NCBI RefSeq assembly: GCF_006345805.1
Contig: NC_043003.1
Coordinates: 40,672,001-40,736,000 of the forward strand
DNA from: Octopus sinensis
Taxonomy: Eukaryota
Direction of reading: 5' to 3'
Length of the DNA stretch: 64,000 nucleotides
The position numbers were made by a program, and so were the translations under genes. The notes beneath the pieces are model-generated. The model made no database searches, was not told the DNA's origin, and saw only the letters and a list, made by a program, of their open reading frames with translations. Below, one piece after another: positions 31,655 through 44,488 of the stretch (its first letter is position 1; every line of letters begins with the position of its first letter).

Positions 31655-33070
31655 TCTTCTTCTTCTTCTTCTTCTTCTTCTTCTTCTTCTTCTTCTTCTT
31701 CTTCTTCTTCTTCTTCTTCTTCTTCTCCTCCTCCTCTCTCCTCCTCCTCCTCCTCCACTTCCCCACCCCCTCCACACCATCATGTAGTCTTCATTATCAT
31801 CATCAACATCACTACTTCTAATGTTTGAGTAAGAAAACACTGTTACCACGACCACACTACTAGTGAAGACTATTACCAACCTATAAAACCCGCGGCATCA
31901 CTAATACCATAACAATCCACAGTCATCAAATGTATGCTACAAGTGTTACTACCACTGTAACAACACCACCAAAAACTACTACTAAAGCTTTATATCCACC
32001 ACAATAACCAGTGAAGCAACAGCAAAATTCACTATAGCATCCAATAGTATCAACTATGCCGTCATCATAGTCACAACCACCAAAACTATCTCCTGAACGT
32101 AACATAAACAGACTGACCATCATTACCAGCACCATCACCGCCTCCACTATCATCACATTCGCCATCATTGCCATGACCATTAACAACACTACTACCAAAG
32201 TATCTCTGAAGAGCTACTAAAGCAATAACTAACACAACAATTAGCATTGCTGATAATCCGTTCTTATTATATGTACGAGGTTTGAAATTTTGGAGGAGGT
32301 GGGTAGGTGTGGGGGGAGAGAGAGGTTTATCGATTATAATAACCCCAGTGCTCAACTGGTACTTATTTTGTCGAATGAGAGGCAAAATCGATCACGGCGT
32401 AATTTTGAACTTAGAAATGTAAAGACGGACGAAACGCAGCTAAATATATTGTCCGGTGTGATAATGATTCCACCAACTGGTTACATTCAGCATCACCAAT
32501 ACTGCAATCAATTGCCCACTGCGACTAACATAACTACTTTGAGTATGATCACCACCAACACCACCAATACCAGGACGACGACCACTACCATGAGCATCCC
32601 AACGACGACTACCTCTACCATCACAATCACGACCAAAAACCTCGACGACCACCACCACCACCACCACCACCGCCGCCACCACAACCACCACCACCACCAC
32701 CACCACCACCACCGATACCAAGATCTTTTTACGACTACCAGGATATTTAGTGCCAAAACACTATCACTATCACTTACAGCAATCCCATCACCTATACAAA
32801 AATCACAATCTTCGTTAACGACTATCATCGCTGCGTCCTTCACTACCACCAATAAAGCGTAAACGCAACTAACTACGACTTATTGCCCAGAACATAATCA
32901 ACATCATCACCACCAATAAATTCAAGACCAACATCAATACAAATCTGACACCATTAACACGGCAACACCTAAAATCACAGGCGACGACTATTATAGACAA
33001 CACCACAACCGGCACTCTCATCACCACGACCACCACGACTATTTAATCATCCCCACCAATCTCACTGTTA
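31655..33070. repeat. (TTC)n/(CTC)n plus degenerate CAC/CAT/ACT low-complexity region
   Basis: Direct reading; explains the poly-R, poly-H/T and poly-V/W ORFs. Confidence 0.85.
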
Positions 33071-33381
33071 ACACAGCCACCGAAAGAAACCTCATTCTCT
33101 CTCTCTCTCTCTGACACTTTTTTATCTCTATTTCTCTCTCCCTCTCTCTCTCTCTCTACCATCATAGCCATTGTCATCGAGACATTTTACAAAACGTATT
33201 TAGTACAGAAGATATTTAAGCTAAAAGTGTGGAATAGACGCTAACAGTTGGTGTGAAATAATGAAATATACATTATCACCTGACATCTGTTTACGTGTGT
33301 GTGTGTGTGAGGGACTGTGAGTCTCTGTCTGTCAGCTTGCGTGTCTGTCTGCCTCTCTCGCCCAATATGTGTGTGTACGCG

Positions 33382-33457
<76 letters not shown>

Positions 33458-34015
33458 AACACACATATATATGTACACGCATATATGTATATATATATAT
33501 ATATACGATATACGTATGTATATATGTATATATATATATATATATGTGATATATATGCATATATATATATATTATATATATATATATTATATATATATTA
33601 TATATATATACACATACATCCAAACATACATATATGCCTGTCTACACACATATATAAATTTCAGTGTGTATGTGTGTGCGTCTGTATGTGTGTGTATGTG
33701 TATGAGTGCGTTTTGTTAACATTATATGTGTGTGAGGAGGATAAATGTAAATCATTTTGACGCCACATTAAGGAAGCAGTTCAGCTCGCTGAAACAAAGC
33801 ACATACACACACACACGCGCGCATACACAAACATACACACACGCATACGCTCCCACACGCACAGACACACACACACGCGTATATGTAATAAAAAAATCAC
33901 ATATAAACAAAAAATACTTGAGCATATTTTAAATAAAATCATATAAAAAAATATATATAAATATCTGAAGAAACTTAGAAATGAAAATTAAAATAAAAAA
34001 AACTCAAGCAACCAA

Positions 34016-34270
34016 GCGGAAGTGACGCATTTCCATATATTTCAACGTCGGAAACGCAAGTGCTATCTGTTTAATATTCCATTAGGTGGCCAAGAATCCT
34101 ACGTGTATAGAAACACTAAGGTACTGAGGGATGGATAAAAACACACATACGCATATATACTGAGAGACACATACATCTACACACACGCACACACACACAT
34201 ATATATATATATATATAATATATATATACATTGATATATATATATATGTATTTGATACACACACACACAC

Positions 34271-34313
<43 letters not shown>

Positions 34314-34452
34314 ACAAGCACTTCCGTGTCAGATACGATTTGATTGTATGAACAATTATGGGCGAATTTGTTTATGAAAATTATAACAAGTCTATTTGTA
34401 AAGCAATAAAAAACGTAGACGTAATATTATAGATGCTCGTGTGAAGATTGGC
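34016..34452. promoter_or_regulatory. Candidate housekeeping-type Pol II promoter
   Basis: GCGGAAGTGACG (overlapping ETS/CRE-half) at 34016-34027, an opposite-strand ETS site GCACTTCCG at 34318-34326 and a reverse CCAAT box GATTGGC at 34446-34452. Motifs only. Confidence 0.35.
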
Positions 34453-34992
34453 GTCTAGAGGGCCATAAAACGGAACCAAATTCACTGAGATTTGTTGGGG
34501 TTCTGATCTTATTTGTTAATGATTTTGCTAAATAGACAAAGCGAATGCTCTTTTCGGGTGCTTCAGGGTGACAACAGAACATTTGTCTGATGGTTAATAT
34601 TTATATATTATATTAAATTTATATTATATCCGCGTAGTCAGTATTTTATGTATAGTATTTATTTTATTTTGTGGTTTATATTTACATATGAATATATGCA
34701 TTCCAGATTCTGTTTGACGGTATTTGTATGCATGTGTATATAATATATATATATGTGTGTGTGTCTGTGTGTCTGTGTGTGTGTTTGTGTTTGTGTGTGT
34801 GTGTGCGTGTATGTTTGTGAATGTGTATGCGTGTCTGTATAGAAAATGTAATATGTGAAAGGGGGCTAGGAATTGAGTTTAGGAATTGGAGATAAAAATG
34901 GAAGAGAATGGACAATGTACAGCATTTCTCATCATCCGTTACCCTTCCTCACCCCTCACTTTCTCCCTCTGTCTCTTCTCGCTCCTGTGTAC

Positions 34993-35079
<87 letters not shown>

Positions 35080-35110
35080 CATCCATATATATATTATATA
35101 TATATATATA

Positions 35111-35148
<38 letters not shown>

Positions 35149-36023
35149 AATATATATATATATATATATATATATGATGTATACATACATAAATACATTC
35201 ATACATACATATATTCATTGTACACGTACACTCGCACACATGCATACACTCACATATATTCACAAATATAAGGGGACAAAAGACGAACATGCACATCTGT
35301 ATGGTATTGTATGACATACAGCACGTAAAAAAATATGTAACATAAATATAGCTATAAATTTATTTGGCGAAATATTTTTATGGTTACATTTATATTGCAT
35401 CATTTATAATGTATGTATAATATATTACATATATGCGCATGTCCATCGTTTGTCCCATTATCTCGAGCAATACATTTCCTATATACAATTCGCGCCCCAA
35501 AGTATTCCTTATATACTAGTTTGGAGTTTTGTTTTTAGGAATTTGGACTACTCTGAGTAATAATCAGGTTTACGTATACTATGTACTTACTGTAGTGTTT
35601 TCTTACCAATTGTACACACACGCTTACATAGACATATATACTCTCATGTGTATTGACACATACACAAACACACAGAGTATAAGTTTGTATTTATATAAGG
35701 AAGAGGTGACAAATATATTTCCCAAAAGGGCATTTAAATAATGGTATATGTATGAGAGAAATTACTTATGAAAAACTATGTAGAATTGGTAGACAATGCA
35801 AGAAGAAGTATACTTGCATAAGTGAATAGACAAGATTGCCAAAAGTATGGAGGGTGACGAGAGCAGAATGTGTCAGAAATGCGTGTCTGTGTATGCATAT
35901 AATTTACACAAAGAGATATGTCTATACACACACACATATACAGAGAGGTAGATAGATAAATAGATGCGTTACATATATGTGTGTGTGTGTGTGCATACAC
36001 ACGCACACAGACATATACATATA

Positions 36024-36170
36024 GGCGCAGGTGTAGTTGTGTGGAAAGTAGCTTGCTTACAGCCAGATGGTTCCGGGTCCCTTCCCAATGCGTTGCACCT
36101 TGTGCAAGTGCCTTCTACTATAATAACCTGTGGATTTGGTGAACGGAAAATGAAAGACGTTCGTAGTGTA
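36024..36170 (+). mobile_element. SINE family A, 5' half
   Basis: ggcgcaggtgtagttgtgtgg...ggatttggtgaacggaaaatgaaaga. Confidence 0.75.
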
Positions 36171-36239
36171 TGTGTGTATGCATATTTATACATGTATATG
36201 TATATATGTATATATCTATGTATATATATATATATATAT

Positions 36240-36295
<56 letters not shown>

Positions 36296-36324
36296 TATAT
36301 AGAAGGAGCTTCTACAGGACCTAC

Positions 36325-36355
<31 letters not shown>

Positions 36356-36724
36356 CATATACATATATATGTATATATATGGATATATATATATATATAT
36401 ATATATATAGGTATATATATATATGTGTGTGTAAAGATATATATATACATATGGAGAGAGAGAGAGAGATAATGAAAGAGACACATTGGGAGTTAGAGAT
36501 GTATTTTGAATTAGATACAAAGGTAGGAAGGAAAAATACAGCGCATGGGGAATGGATGTGAGAAACAATTGTTGAGTGGTAGGTGGGCGCGAGTGAAAAC
36601 ATCAAAGGCAGAATCTCTGAATCTTTGAAGGATGAAAATAAATGTTAGCTATTACAGTACTACACTTGACTGTCAATGCATTCCCTTGATCTCTAATTAA
36701 TAGCATCCATTTCTGTACCCCCCC

Positions 36725-37130
36725 CACTCACCATCCTAGACCACTTCGAAAAGAAAGTCATCCGGTTGATTGGCGAAGCCTGACTCACCAACAGTCTACA
36801 ACCCATAGACCCCCAGACGCAATGTCTCCTCACTCTGTCTTTATTATATTTACTATAACGTCTTCTATACATCGGAAACTTGGAAACTAGTTCAGTAGCA
36901 TGCTATCTCCATTAAAGACACTACAAATACCTGTTTTTCTTTTTCATTTTCATTTCTTTCTTTCTCCGTTTTCCTTCTTTCTTTTTCTTTTTTTTCTTCT
37001 GCTTGTTCATTCGCATACCACCTGTTCTGTGTCCTCCAGCTACGAAACTCCTACACAAATCTGTGTCCTTCACCACCATGCTTATAGTCCATAGAATTCT
37101 CTTGCGAGTAACATTTTCTCGACACTTTTC
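36725..37130 (+). pseudogene. CR1/Jockey-type LINE 3' RT remnant
   Basis: Reads LDHFEKKVIRLIGEA*LTNSLQPIDPRRNVSSLCL, resembling the LDRIQKKAIRLI...LQPL.HRR.V.SL region of such LINEs. Confidence 0.55.
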
Positions 37131-38149
37131 CGCAGTTAGGGACAGATGTTGACATACTTATAAGTATAGCTACTTCCAGTTGTCTAACTTGTAAAATATC
37201 CTAGTGAAACACACACACACACACACATTATTTATCATAAGTGCTCGTGTGCAACTATACAGTTAAGAGTAACACGACAGGTGCATATTAATGATACCAG
37301 TAAAGTTAGTACTGAATATAATTGAAAGATTAGAAAATAATTCTAGCAAATAAATAAATATATACATACCCCCACCAAAAATCCCCCATTATACATACAT
37401 ACTTTATTTGAACAGAGATTATCTGATGCCTATTAAATTCTGTTCGTAAAAGTGAATTTTTCTAGAGATATTTGTCAACAATTATGTCACTAGATATGTA
37501 TACATCTCTTTAGATCAACTTCTGTTTACAATGCAGGCGTGTCTGTTGCAGTAAAGAGTTATCTTCCCAACCATACGGTTCCAGTTTCAGTCCTACAGGT
37601 ATAAGTAATATAATCCTTGGAACGAGACATAGGTATAGCAAACGTATTGCATGAGTTTGTGGTAAAGGGATACGAAGGACACACACACATAAATATATAA
37701 CGTATTATATGATTTATATCATTAATAAATCATATAAAACAGTATATAGATGTACATGGCCATTTTCTCCTTTTACACCCCCCCACACAGATATGCACAC
37801 ACAACGCACGCACACACACAGACATATACACACATATATGTGTGTGTGTCTGTATAGCTGTATGCATGTAGGTGTGTAACTATGTGTGTGGGTATGTAGG
37901 TATAGGTGTCTTTGTGCATCTATTTGTCCCCTACAACCTCCACTTGGCAACTGATGTTGGCTTGTTTACTCCCCAGTAAGCTAGCTTTTCAGCAAAAGAG
38001 ACCGATAGGATAAGTACCAGGTTACCAGGCTTTAAAATTAATACAAGTATCGATTTGTTCTACCAAATTCTTCAAACCGGGCCACCAGCATGGCCGCAGT
38101 CAAAGGCCTGAAACAAGTAAGAGATGAAAGATACGTATTAGCCATGCGT

Positions 38150-38450
38150 AGGCAGTGCTTATTGAAACGAAAAAATCCATTCATTATTAAATATAAAGAA
38201 TAGACAGTCGCATATCATATATATATGGAGACCCTTGGATCTAAATTGTGCCTGAAGGAAAACCAATTCCCGAAATAGAAGCTACCACATAACACAAAAT
38301 ATGAAAAGGCTAAAATTTGAAGGGCTAAACATTTCCAATTCTATGCCAAAAAATGTCAGTGCTATAAGGGGAGTAGATAAGGATGTCTTCAAAGGATCAA
38401 TAAGACAATATTTAAACAGATGAACCCATATCACTGCAGGGTAAGGAAAG
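38150..38450 (+). pseudogene. CR1-like LINE C-terminal remnant
   Basis: Reads EGLNISNSMPKNVSAIRGVDKDVFKG, resembling the G..LFN.LP...R.....FK..LD terminus. Confidence 0.4.
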
Positions 38451-38898
38451 GGAGGCGGTTTTGTCTTAGTGATTTATAAAATCCAAACTCCAAGAGTAAA
38501 CAGTTACAGTGGATTAAACTTTTATGGAGGGGCCTCAGAATCACCACTGGCTGAAATAAATAAAAAAAAACTAAGTCAAGTAAATAATTTTCACTTAATT
38601 ACACAAACAAAATTCTAAATTTACGTACAAAAGGCAATGTAAATCTGAAGGAAGTGTTAATAGTTCCATGTATATTATCTATACGTGTACATAGATATAT
38701 GAACACGCACACAAACACACACATATACACACAGGGTGATTGAAAAGTAACTCCTTATTTTAAAATACTTATAAATCATTTATTGATTGTAATTTTCACA
38801 AAAAAATATGAGAAGAAAACTTTTAATATGAGATTTTATTTATACTTCAAAAACAAAAAATAATCAGAAAAAATACAAATAATAAATAATTTATAATT

Positions 38899-38979
<81 letters not shown>

Positions 38980-38981
<2 letters not shown>

Positions 38982-40372
38982 TACCTCCCAACCCGCTCGT
39001 TCCCCTGCTCCCGCCACGTTGCCGCACTTGCCCTTACCTCTCCAACACCACCGCCTCACTAGCACCCCCATCGACCCTATCCCATCATCCACCCTTCACC
39101 TGCACCTCCAGCAATAATATCTATTGCATCTCTTGCTCTCTTCTGCAATTCCTTGTACATCGGACACGGGACGCCGCTTGGCTGACCGTTTCGCGGAACC
39201 ACCTTCGTGACATCCACCTTGCGACGACACACCGGTCTCACGCCATTTCCGCTCCACCGGTCACTCCTTGCAACACCTATCTGTGTTCGGTTTGTCCTTA
39301 CACAGAGGCCATCCGGATTCCCGTTTGCGCCGTGAACAGAATTAATCTTCTCTCTTCTTCGCTCTTATACCCCATTGGTCTCAACTCTCCCCCCCCTCTC
39401 CTCATCTAACCCCCCTCTCCCCCTCCTCACCTATCCTTTCTCCCCCCCACCCCCACTTCTTCAGTCCTTCATCCTTTCACCCCTACTCTCCCCTTCCCTT
39501 CTTCCCCCTTTCTCCCTCCCTCTTCCTCTTCCCTCTGCTCCCTCACCCCTCTCTCCCCTTCTCTCTCCCCCTCTCCCCTCTTTCCTCCTTCATCCCTCTC
39601 CTCCCCTTCCTTCTCCCCATCCTCTCCTCTTCACCCTCCCCTCCCCCTCTTCTTTCCCTCCCTCCCCTTCTCCCCTCCCCCTCTTCTCCTCACTACACAC
39701 ATGACTTTATTACACATCACATCACATATGATGTGCCATACTAATACACCACCACTAATACATACTAATACGTACTAATACATACTAGTACATACTAATA
39801 CTTACACCACCCCTATACATACCACGTCCAGACCCCGCATACGCACTTATACTCTCTCACACACACACACAACACACCCCTATACATACCAATACGTACT
39901 AATACATACTATACATACTAACATACACCAACCCCATACATACGCACGTCCAGACCAATCCCACGCAACTGATACTCTCTCATACACACAACACACACAC
40001 ACAACACACCCTTATACATACTAATACATACACCAACCCTATACAACACATCCAGACCTCCAGACCCCTCCCACGCACTTTTAGCTGGTCCCTCAACCCT
40101 ATTATCTCCCCTTATTTCGCTCTCGCGTCTCATTTTGATCTTTGACCTCTGGCCGAAATCAGATCGCCATGTTGATTCGTTAGCTACTGCAGCAATTTTT
40201 TTCTCTCCTTCTTCTGTGTTTTTCTCTCTCTGTGTACTTTTCTGTTGAAGAGCGTAGGCTCGAAACGTTAAAGACTTGTTTTATTTATATTTCCTGAGCG
40301 CCATACTAATACAATTGTTTTTTGTTTTCCACTGCCTTCGTCTTTTGTTTATTTTCATAAAGCTTCCCGTTA
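38980..40372 (+). mobile_element. 5'-truncated Penelope-like element: GIY-YIG remnant, low-complexity spacer, pLTR end with HHR-like motif
   Basis: Endonuclease remnant at 39095-39388, TTGAAGAGCGTAGGCTCGAAACGT at 40245-40268; both ends abut (TA)n. Confidence 0.8.
39095..39388 (+). pseudogene. GIY-YIG endonuclease pseudogene of a PLE
   Basis: With several 1-nt frameshift corrections: FTCTSSNNIYCISCS-CNSLYIG-TGRRLADRFAE-HLRDIHL-DTPVSRHFRSTGHSLQHLSVFGLSLHRGHPDSRLRREQ-LIFSL...GLNS. Confidence 0.9.
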
Positions 40373-40384
40373 CATACATACAAC

Positions 40385-40433
<49 letters not shown>

Positions 40434-40442
40434 TAATATAAA

Positions 40443-40476
<34 letters not shown>

Positions 40477-40525
40477 AACAATTTGTTTTAAATCTGAGTG
40501 AGGGATATACGGTAACAGTACCAAA

Positions 40526-41093
40526 TAGTAATGTTTATATGCCAATAGGATGTCGGGGTCCTATAAAGGACGATGTTACAGTTGTTATAGCCCCAGGAAA
40601 AATATTTTTCAGCAAGCTAACGACACACAGTTTGTGTTCGTATATTATTCCCTAGAGAAATCATCACTCTCATCTCTAGCCTTACATGATACTCACAGAC
40701 CCAAGGTTTCTACACTCGAAAATGCTATAATTTTTTAAGCGACACAATCGCTGATCTCTTATATCTCTCACTCAGAGATTTAAAAGAAGTTATTTTTCTC
40801 TATACGAGATGAGTGACTATGCGTCACTTTAAAATTATATAGCATTTGTGAGTTGGGAAAGTTTTTTGTCACTAGCCTGTGATTATATCACACAGAGAAC
40901 AGGTTATAACTTAGAAACCCGGGTCTGTGAGTATCATGTAAGTCTAGAGATGGGAGCGATGACCACCCTTCTGAATGCTATACGGACACAAACTGTGTGT
41001 CGATAGCCAGCTGGATAAGAAGTTCTTCATGGGGTATAACGACAGTAACATCGTCCCTTATGGGACTGCCACATTCTGTTGGCATATAAACAT

Positions 41094-41098
<5 letters not shown>
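40526..41098. mobile_element. Foldback/MITE-like element with 187-bp terminal inverted repeats
   Basis: 40526-40712 aligns with the reverse complement of 40912-41098 (tagtaatgtttatatgcca...cacagacc..gtttcta); 199-bp spacer; TAG...CTA termini; no clear TSD. Confidence 0.85.
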
Positions 41099-41127
<29 letters not shown>

Positions 41128-41128
<1 letters not shown>

Positions 41129-41491
41129 CATATATGCATACGTATATGTACACACATCTATACGTATATATATGCATATGTGTACACAGGACTCCATGAA
41201 ACGTGTACAACAAAAATGTACGAAGCACGAGAACATGGAGTTCTACGTCTAGTTGTGGTGTCCTGTACTCACGTGTATATATATTTATATATGCATGTAT
41301 ATATACATATAGATGTAGGTACGTACATATATGTTTGTATGTATGCATATATTTTATTTATTACACTATTGTTTGACAGCGCCCTCGCGTCGGGTTCGAT
41401 TCGATTCGTTCGCTTCTTTCCGTTTCTTATTCTCTCAGTACTGTTTTATATATAATTATGACGCGAAATTCTTTATCTCTTTGCTTTACGT

Positions 41492-41539
<48 letters not shown>

Positions 41540-41563
41540 CACTCTCTCCTCTCTCTCTCTCTC

Positions 41564-41597
<34 letters not shown>

Positions 41598-42224
41598 ACT
41601 CCTCCTCATCTTTGCCACTGCTAGCCAAAACTACTTCCTTTTACACGCGGCCTTCTAACTATAAAGACACACATTTGTGTTCTCATGCGCTGCTAGAATC
41701 TCCTCCGTCTCAGCCAGAAAAAAGGCCGTTTCCTTTGTTTTCTTGTTTATTTTTATTTCTTGTATTGTATTTTCTTTTTATTTCTCGTTTTGTATTTTCT
41801 TGTACATGTATTTTTATCTTGTATTTTATTTTGTAGTTTTATTTTTATCGTTTTTACGTCCTGTTTGTGTTACATATTTTTCTTCCTTGTTTTTACCCCT
41901 CTGCGAGGCAATTTTATTTTAATTTTCTCGCAGGAAGGATTAGTTTGGAGAGTCGTGTCCTGTCTTGCCTTCGAAACACGCTGGGGCCGAACTAGTGACA
42001 GCTGATGAAGGGGATTTTTCCTTGTGTAGTATGTCCTGTACTCTGTTTTTTCTGTTGTAAAAAATTTGGTTTTTCCGTTTTCGTTTCTCGTTGAGTTCTA
42101 CGTCTAGTTGTGGTGTCCTGTACTCACGTGTATATATATTTATATATGCATGTATATATACATGTAGATGTAGGTACGTACATATATGTTTGTATGTATG
42201 CATATATTTTATTTATTACACTAT
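41128..42224 (+). mobile_element. Non-coding PLE-derived element: inverted pLTR fragment, partial pLTR, internal region, full pLTR
   Basis: 132-bp direct repeat (41238-41369 and 42093-42224). 41128-41191 resembles an inverted copy of the same terminus. 41890-42224 is homologous to the reverse complement of 51636-52000. Confidence 0.75.
41954..42013 (+). ncRNA. Candidate non-circularly permuted hammerhead ribozyme
   Basis: CGTGT-C / CTGTC / TTG / CCTTC-GAAACACG / 16 nt / GACAG-CTGATGA-AGGGG: intact CUGAUGA, GAAA and GUC, with stems I and III of 5 Watson-Crick bp each. Confidence 0.65.
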
Positions 42225-44022
42225 ATATATATATATATATACACACACACGCACACACATATAGATGTATATCGTTTGAAGATTGATTTTTCCACAGACA
42301 AAAGAAACACAAACAACAAACGAACAGTAGTCAATAACGTCTGTTATAATATTTCCTTATGCCAAGCTACATAGAAATGCTAGAAAAAATATTATGCAAT
42401 AGAGTCATAAAACATCTTACGCATTAAAATTACAGAGACCACAGACAAAGCTCTTCATAAGAATTAAACGTACAAGTATAGAACAAATGAACACATCAAA
42501 CGAATTATGAAACAACTCACTAACATTGAAAACGTAAAAAATAAACTACTTAAGTTTAGTACATATAATCCATAACGAATCATTTTGAGTTAATACAATC
42601 CACGGACTTCGATAATAGGAACATATTAATCTGCAGACGTAAAATAATTTGATGATATCGATAACGATGATGAAAGTATGTGTGTGTGCGTGTGTGTATG
42701 TATGTGTGTGAGTGTGTGTTTGTATGTATGTGTGTGTGCGTGTGTAAGGCATGGTGCTATAGAGAATAGAAGATCTGTTATTGAGTTTGGTTACGTCGTA
42801 TAAAAGTGCATAGAATGAGGATTGAAATATTTTGTGATAGTCATTTGGTAATTAATTGAGTACATATTCATACACTCTCATGCACCCCACCTCCATACAC
42901 AAACACACGCACAGATTTCATAGGAGGTTACTTCTGAGAGTCTTCTAAGTTTCAGAAACGTCCATTCACTTTAAACTGGAGTCGCTGGTAATGTTTGATT
43001 TGAATTATTGAAGGGCTGAAGTGTTTGATAAAGATATGCGTCGCGCTGGTTTTATGGTTTTGATGTGCAGTCCGTCATTTCTGTAAAGGCCTCCATTGAC
43101 AGAGTAGGAATAGTAAGTTTGTGAAGAAGAAATAAACTAATGAAGGCATTAAATCTGCTCCCGCTCATCACATACAAATGTACCAATGGAGGCACACACA
43201 TCCATATCCACTGTATACACACTATTAACACCAAACACAAACAACATCCACTCAGATATTTCTACAAAAAAAGAAACAGATCCATAGCATCTATAAATAC
43301 AAATATATGGCTACCTAAAGAACAGAGTTTTAATTTTCATCAAGAGTAATTGAATAATAAAATTATACATTCTATTTGTCATCATACACGAATTGTTCTC
43401 TGTATTTGTTTTACTATTCGGCCACCCTTTAGAGAATATTTTGCTTTCAAAGAGAGAACTCAATTACGTGTAGATTATAGTTGATTAAATCAACTCTAAT
43501 ATTGATATAACTGATTTGAAAAATGAATGAAAAGCAGCTCGAGGATTTGAACTGACAACTTAGAGAGACGTATCTTAATACTTCATGGTATATCTTCGTC
43601 AATTTAGCTTTCCTGTTAACCCACCACCTCTACAATAGTGTTATTGATTTTTAGTAGCAGCGCTAAGCCACACCCATTGTGGGCTGAGCCAACGTTAATA
43701 TATCGATTCCAGTAATTGGCTAGTATTTATTTTATCGACCATGAAAGGATAAAAGACAAAAGTCTTCCCCAACGGGATTCCAACATACAGCATAGGTAGA
43801 CGTAATTTAAATACCTTAAGGCATTTTCACCAATACTCAATCGTTTTAACCAATTGTTGCGTTCGTATTAAATGGCGGTCCTATTGCTATTATTCTTTCA
43901 CTCTCTCTCTACACTCAACTGGAAAATGCGTAGTTTACCTTAAAATCTAATTCCTCTACTTTGGAAAATATAACATTTCCCTAACTAATAAAACCAAAAT
44001 TATTTCATTCATCACACACACA

Positions 44023-44053
<31 letters not shown>

Positions 44054-44137
44054 TCACACACACACATACACACGTACACACGTACTCATAAATATATATG
44101 TGCATGTGTGTATGTATATATATATATATCTGTGTGC

Positions 44138-44178
<41 letters not shown>

Positions 44179-44437
44179 CACACACACACACATAAAATAT
44201 GTATATGTATATTAATAAATATGATTCAGATCAAAGATAACTTATGCATTATATACACGCATATAGTAAATGAGTTATACACATATATACACGCACAGCA
44301 TACGAGTGTATATACATGAATATTATTGAAATGACATATGAAGCATGTTATAGATTATACTAAACGAAAAACACTCATATACATACATACATACAATACA
44401 TACATACATACATACATACATACATACATACATACAT

Positions 44438-44488
<51 letters not shown>

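Noticed and set aside
32290-32862. 190-aa Thr/His-rich, mucin-like ORF
   Set aside because: Starts in a SINE fragment and runs through degenerate CAC/ACC repeats; no splice or domain evidence.
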